NCBI GenBank assembly: GCA_017456545.1
Contig: JAFTJE010000007.1
Coordinates: 14,118-78,117 of the forward strand
Reading direction: 5' to 3'
From: Clostridia bacterium
GTDB taxonomy: Bacteria > Bacillota > Clostridia > Oscillospirales > CAG-272
Length of the DNA: 64,000 bases
Positions 60,423 through 64,000 of the stretch are shown piece by piece. The notes beneath the pieces are model-generated. The model worked only from the letters and a program-made list of their open reading frames with translations. It was not told the origin of the DNA and did no database searches. A program made the position numbers and the translations under genes. Within the stretch, counting starts at the first letter, position 1. Every line of letters starts with the position of its first letter.

Positions 60423-61811
60423 TTACATTCTGAAATAGGATATGGAATTATTATAGCAAATATCCTTGATAACATTTCCCACAAGCTCAAGGTCCGTTGT
60501 CATTTCTCCGTTCTCCATAAGCTCACCTAGGTAGGAGCAAAGTATCCTACGGAAGTAGTGATGTCTGGGATAGGAGAGGAGGGAACGGCTGTCTGTAAGC
60601 ATACCCACAAAGGCTCCTATATGTCCTGTGGCTGTCAAATCCTCAAGATGCTTTTCCATTCCTACCTTATTATCAAGGAACCACCATGCAGGACCGTACT
60701 GTATCTTTCCCCTTGCCTCGTCGGACTGGAAGCATCCCATAAGTGTCATAATTTCGGCATTCATTTTGGGATTTAAGTTAAATATAATAAGTTTGGGGAG
60801 CTTGCCCTCAAGATTCAGCTTATCCATAAGACGGGAGAGCATGCCTATGCTGTTTGTATCCGAAATACTGTCGAAGCCTGTGTCAAGACCCAGCTTTTCC
60901 AGCATTACGGAGTTGTTATTCCTCATAGCACCTATATGGAGCTCTGTGGAGATATTATACTCGGCATACATCTTCATCAGGAAGTATGTGATATAGCCCT
61001 TGAATATTTTACTGTCCTCAGAGGAAGGAGCCTCTCCCCCTATAACCTTCTTAAGAACAGCATCTGCTTCCTCTCTTGTAGGTACGGCATATATCTGCTC
61101 CACAGCTATATCGCTGGCAGTGGTACCAACATCAATAAATGCCTTGAGCCTTTTTTCAAGAGCTGTCTCAAGGTCGGAAACAGACTCTATTTTATTTGTA
61201 AGTGCCTCTAATTTTCCGAGGAAGGAAAGATAACCCTTAGCCTCAATATTCATTATCTTATCGCCACGGAATGCGGGAATAACCTTGAAGGCGTAGTTCT
61301 TTTCCTTAATTTTTTCAAAGGTGGAAAGGTCGTCAAAGACCTCATTTGTAGTAAACACATGGGTTACATTGGAACCCTCTATAAGGGACTGGGGGGTAAT
61401 ACTGTTTTCCTTTATATAGGCGTTACACTGCTCCCAGATAGCCTCTGCATTTCTTCCGTTAATTTCAAGCTCACAGCCGAAGTATTCCTTAAGCTCCACC
61501 TGTGACCAGTGATAAAGAGGATTGCCAAAGGCTGTGCCGAGGACTGTGCAGTATGTAATAAACTTTTCCTTGTTGCTCTTATTACCTGTAATGTATTCCT
61601 CGCTGACACCGTAGTTTCTCATAAGACGCCATTTATAATGGTCGCCTGCAAGCCAGATTTCAAAAATATCGCCAAAGCACTTGTTCTCAAGTATCTGCTT
61701 CTCGGGTAGGTGGCAATGGTAGTCAAAAATAGGCATATCCTTAGCGTAGTCCCTGTAAAGAAGCTCCGCTGTTTTATTCTTTAATAAAAAATTATCCTTA
61801 ATGTAGCTCAT
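60423..61811 (-). CDS. uxaC: Glucuronate isomerase
   Basis: 462 aa. N-terminus FLLKNKTAELLYRDYAKDMPIFDYHCHL. Confidence 0.92.
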   Translation of the reverse strand: MSYIKDNFLLKNKTAELLYRDYAKDMPIFDYHCHLPEKQILENKCFGDIFEIWLAGDHYKWRLMRNYGVSEEYITGNKSNKEKFITYCTVLGTAFGNPLYHWSQVELKEYFGCELEINGRNAEAIWEQCNAYIKENSITPQSLIEGSNVTHVFTTNEVFDDLSTFEKIKEKNYAFKVIPAFRGDKIMNIEAKGYLSFLGKLEALTNKIESVSDLETALEKRLKAFIDVGTTASDIAVEQIYAVPTREEADAVLKKVIGGEAPSSEDSKIFKGYITYFLMKMYAEYNISTELHIGAMRNNNSVMLEKLGLDTGFDSISDTNSIGMLSRLMDKLNLEGKLPKLIIFNLNPKMNAEIMTLMGCFQSDEARGKIQYGPAWWFLDNKVGMEKHLEDLTATGHIGAFVGMLTDSRSLLSYPRHHYFRRILCSYLGELMENGEMTTDLELVGNVIKDICYNNSISYFRM

Positions 61812-61821
61812 ATTTATCTCC

Positions 61822-63198
61822 TTATAAGGTTACTCCATCCTTGAAAATTGCTATTTCCTCATAGCCGTTTATTTCGTTTTTTGTCTTCTCTCCCGATGCA
61901 ACTCTGCACACATAGTCGAGGAAACGGTCGGTTATTACATCCATCTCCTCACCCTCGAGAATGGGAGAGGCATCAAAATCTATCCATCCTCTCTTCCTCT
62001 CTGCAAGGGAACGGTTAGTGGATATTTTAACTGTGGGTACAGGTGCACCGAGGGGAGTGCCCCTGCCCGTGGTAAATAAAATCATATGCACGCCGGACGC
62101 CATAAGATTAGTTACTGCCACAATATCGTTACCCGGTCCTTTCAGAAGAGAAAGACCGTTTTTTGTAAGAACATCTCCGTAATCAAGCACATCAACCACG
62201 GGAGAAAGGCCTCCCTTTTGTACACATCCCAAGGATTTTTCCTCAAGGGTAGTAATTCCACCTGCCTTATTACCCGGGGATGGGTTTTCGTATATTACCT
62301 GGTTGTGCCTTGTAAAATAATCCTTGAAATTGTTTATTAAAGATACAGTTTTGTCAAATACCTCGGAGCTTACACACCTTTCCATTAAAAGATGCTCGGC
62401 ACCGAACATTTCGGGCACCTCTGTAAGCACACAGCTTCCTCCGTAGGAAACAAGCCTGTCACAAAGACTGCCCACTAAGGGATTGGCTGTAATACCGCTG
62501 TATCCGTCACTTCCTCCGCATTTTAAGCCGAGACGGAGCCTTGATATGCTTACTTTTTCCGGCTTAAAGGTATCTCTGTATGCCTTCAGCTTATTGATTA
62601 TAGCCACACCCTCGGCAATTTCGTCATCAAAATCCTGGCAATTCAAGAATTTTACACGGCTTTCGTTATACTCGCCGAGGACCTTCTTAATTTCTGAAAT
62701 ATTACTGTTCTCACAGCCCAGACCGAGGACAAGCACTCCACCTGCATTGGGATGTCTTATCATACCGCAGAGAATCCTTCTTGTTATATCCTGGTCATCT
62801 CCCAGCTGAGAGCATCCGTAGGGATGGGGAAAATACTTTGCTCCCGTTTTTTTCGCAAGTATTTCAGCAGTTTTATTGACACATCCCACGGTATTTACTA
62901 TCCAGATGTCATTTCTTATACCCACATCTCCGTTTTCTCTTACATATCCGTAAAAGAATTTATCCGTGGGTACAGCCCTTATTCCGTAGTCCTTATAGCT
63001 GTATGTATATTCAAGATTTCCCGAAAGATTGGTTTTCAGATTATGGGTGTGCACATGCTCTCCAACAGATATATCGGCTATGGCGTGACCGATGGGAGAG
63101 CCGTATTTAATTACATTTTCTCCACACTTAATTGGATATAGGGCATACTTATGACCGTCGTCACGCACCTCTACATTATCATTTGGATGAATCCGCAT
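61822..63198 (-). CDS. uxaA: Altronate dehydratase (UxaA family)
   Basis: SAF-like N-terminus (IHPNDNVEV...GENVIKYGSPIGHA...GEHVHTHN) plus the large UxaA C-terminal domain. Confidence 0.88.
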   Translation of the reverse strand: MRIHPNDNVEVRDDGHKYALYPIKCGENVIKYGSPIGHAIADISVGEHVHTHNLKTNLSGNLEYTYSYKDYGIRAVPTDKFFYGYVRENGDVGIRNDIWIVNTVGCVNKTAEILAKKTGAKYFPHPYGCSQLGDDQDITRRILCGMIRHPNAGGVLVLGLGCENSNISEIKKVLGEYNESRVKFLNCQDFDDEIAEGVAIINKLKAYRDTFKPEKVSISRLRLGLKCGGSDGYSGITANPLVGSLCDRLVSYGGSCVLTEVPEMFGAEHLLMERCVSSEVFDKTVSLINNFKDYFTRHNQVIYENPSPGNKAGGITTLEEKSLGCVQKGGLSPVVDVLDYGDVLTKNGLSLLKGPGNDIVAVTNLMASGVHMILFTTGRGTPLGAPVPTVKISTNRSLAERKRGWIDFDASPILEGEEMDVITDRFLDYVCRVASGEKTKNEINGYEEIAIFKDGVTL

Positions 63199-64000
63199 AC
63201 TTGCTTACCTCGTCTGCGTATTTAGATAAATCCTGTCCCCAAAGGGTAGAATCGGCTAAAATTTCTGCTACCGTACCTGTTTTTAGCTTACAGATAACCT
63301 CCTCTGCATCATCGGGAGTACCCTTTTTATAAAAGTCTAAAAGCTTGGCAAAGGAGAACATAAGGGTGCTTGGGGTCTTGCCGAGCTTTCTCTCATACTC
63401 CAATATGGAGGGGAGCACCCTTACCTTGAACTTACTAACGGAATTCAAGGCGATAGACTGACACTTGTGCCGGATATAAGGGTTGGCAAAGCGTGTCATT
63501 ACGGAGTCGGCATATTCAAGAGCCTCCTCTCTGTTCATATCAAGGGATTCCACAATCTCTGCCTGGCACGCCTTGAGATGAGCAGATATTACATCGTTTT
63601 TAAGACACTCTCCCACAGTTTCCACTCCACAGAGTAGGGCGTAGGGTATCATTGATGTGTGGGAGCCGTTTAAGATACGCACCTTTCTTGTTCTGTATCT
63701 TTCAAGCTCATTTGTCACAATTACATTGAGTCCGCATTTATCAAAGGGAAGCTCGTTAAAGAGCCCCTCATATCCGTCAATTACCCAGAGGTGAAAATAC
63801 TCAGAGGTATTTACCATCCTGTCATCAAAGTCAAGCTCCAGGGTCTCTCCCTTGGGATAGCCTGTATTTATTCTGTCAACTAAGGTGTTGCAAAAGATGT
63901 TTTTATTTTCTATCCAGTCTGCAAAGCCCTCTCCCAGCTCCCAAAGCTCAGCGTATCTGAGAACACAAGCCTTTAGCTGTGCTCCGTTTTTGTCAATAAG
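63179..64000 (-). CDS. uxaB: Tagaturonate reductase / altronate oxidoreductase (mannitol dehydrogenase family), 5' partial at the window edge
   Basis: The frame stays open upstream of the first Met (I translated 63818-63901 as ...NIFCNTLVDRINTGYPKGETLELDFDDR). Its stop overlaps the uxaA start by 20 nt. Located in a uxaCAB context. Confidence 0.8.
   Translation of the reverse strand, partial: LIDKNGAQLKACVLRYAELWELGEGFADWIENKNIFCNTLVDRINTGYPKGETLELDFDDRMVNTSEYFHLWVIDGYEGLFNELPFDKCGLNVIVTNELERYRTRKVRILNGSHTSMIPYALLCGVETVGECLKNDVISAHLKACQAEIVESLDMNREEALEYADSVMTRFANPYIRHKCQSIALNSVSKFKVRVLPSILEYERKLGKTPSTLMFSFAKLLDFYKKGTPDDAEEVICKLKTGTVAEILADSTLWGQDLSKYADEVSKYADSSK

Overview
The window reads as ordinary chromosome from a Firmicutes/Clostridia-type organism. 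Evidence for that is TTGACA-17-TATAAT promoters, GGAGG-type ribosome-binding sites (RBS), many hairpin+U-tract terminators, and split transketolase. I support about 50 CDS, one tRNA-Thr(GGU) and one frameshifted gene. I found no rRNA, CRISPR array, transposase, integrase or prophage genes.

Gene blocks, in order:
- mfd (5' end cut by the window edge).
- A GH78 rhamnosidase and a convergent GH94-like phosphorylase.
- A 4-gene ABC/GldG-like/DUF4340 cluster.
- Miscellaneous metabolic and hypothetical genes.
- GDPD plus an MFS transporter.
- tRNA-Thr.
- An OYE/FAD enoate-reductase-like gene followed by a two-subunit aconitase-X (AcnX) pair, whose large subunit is frameshifted.
- A sigma-70 family gene with a long C-terminal extension.
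- Split transketolase, divergent from a leader-controlled Na+-decarboxylase beta subunit (oadB/gcdB-like).
- A housekeeping run: miaA-yggS-sepF-yggT-lspA-rluD-rsmG-mgtC, then dapA and queA.
- A GH31 alpha-xylosidase and an FAD oxidoreductase.
- A complete F1Fo atp operon.
- A 3026-aa membrane-anchored repeat protein.
- uxaC-uxaA-uxaB (uxaB cut by the window edge).

Most unusual observations:
1. The giant protein fuses an SPFH/Band-7-like cytoplasmic head and one TM helix to about 2600 aa of extracellular Listeria-Bacteroides repeats. These are interleaved with two unassigned beta-sandwich-like module families.
2. A 295-bp repeat-rich insertion sits between atpG and atpD. It holds two 68-nt direct repeats and nine TTCTGCA heptamers.
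3. The atp operon has a c-subunit with a two-carboxylate Na+-type signature and an epsilon subunit lacking its C-terminal domain.
4. A roughly 185-nt leader ending in a 17-bp terminator hairpin lies upstream of the Na+-pump beta subunit.

All homology calls come from motif recognition by eye. No database search was run.
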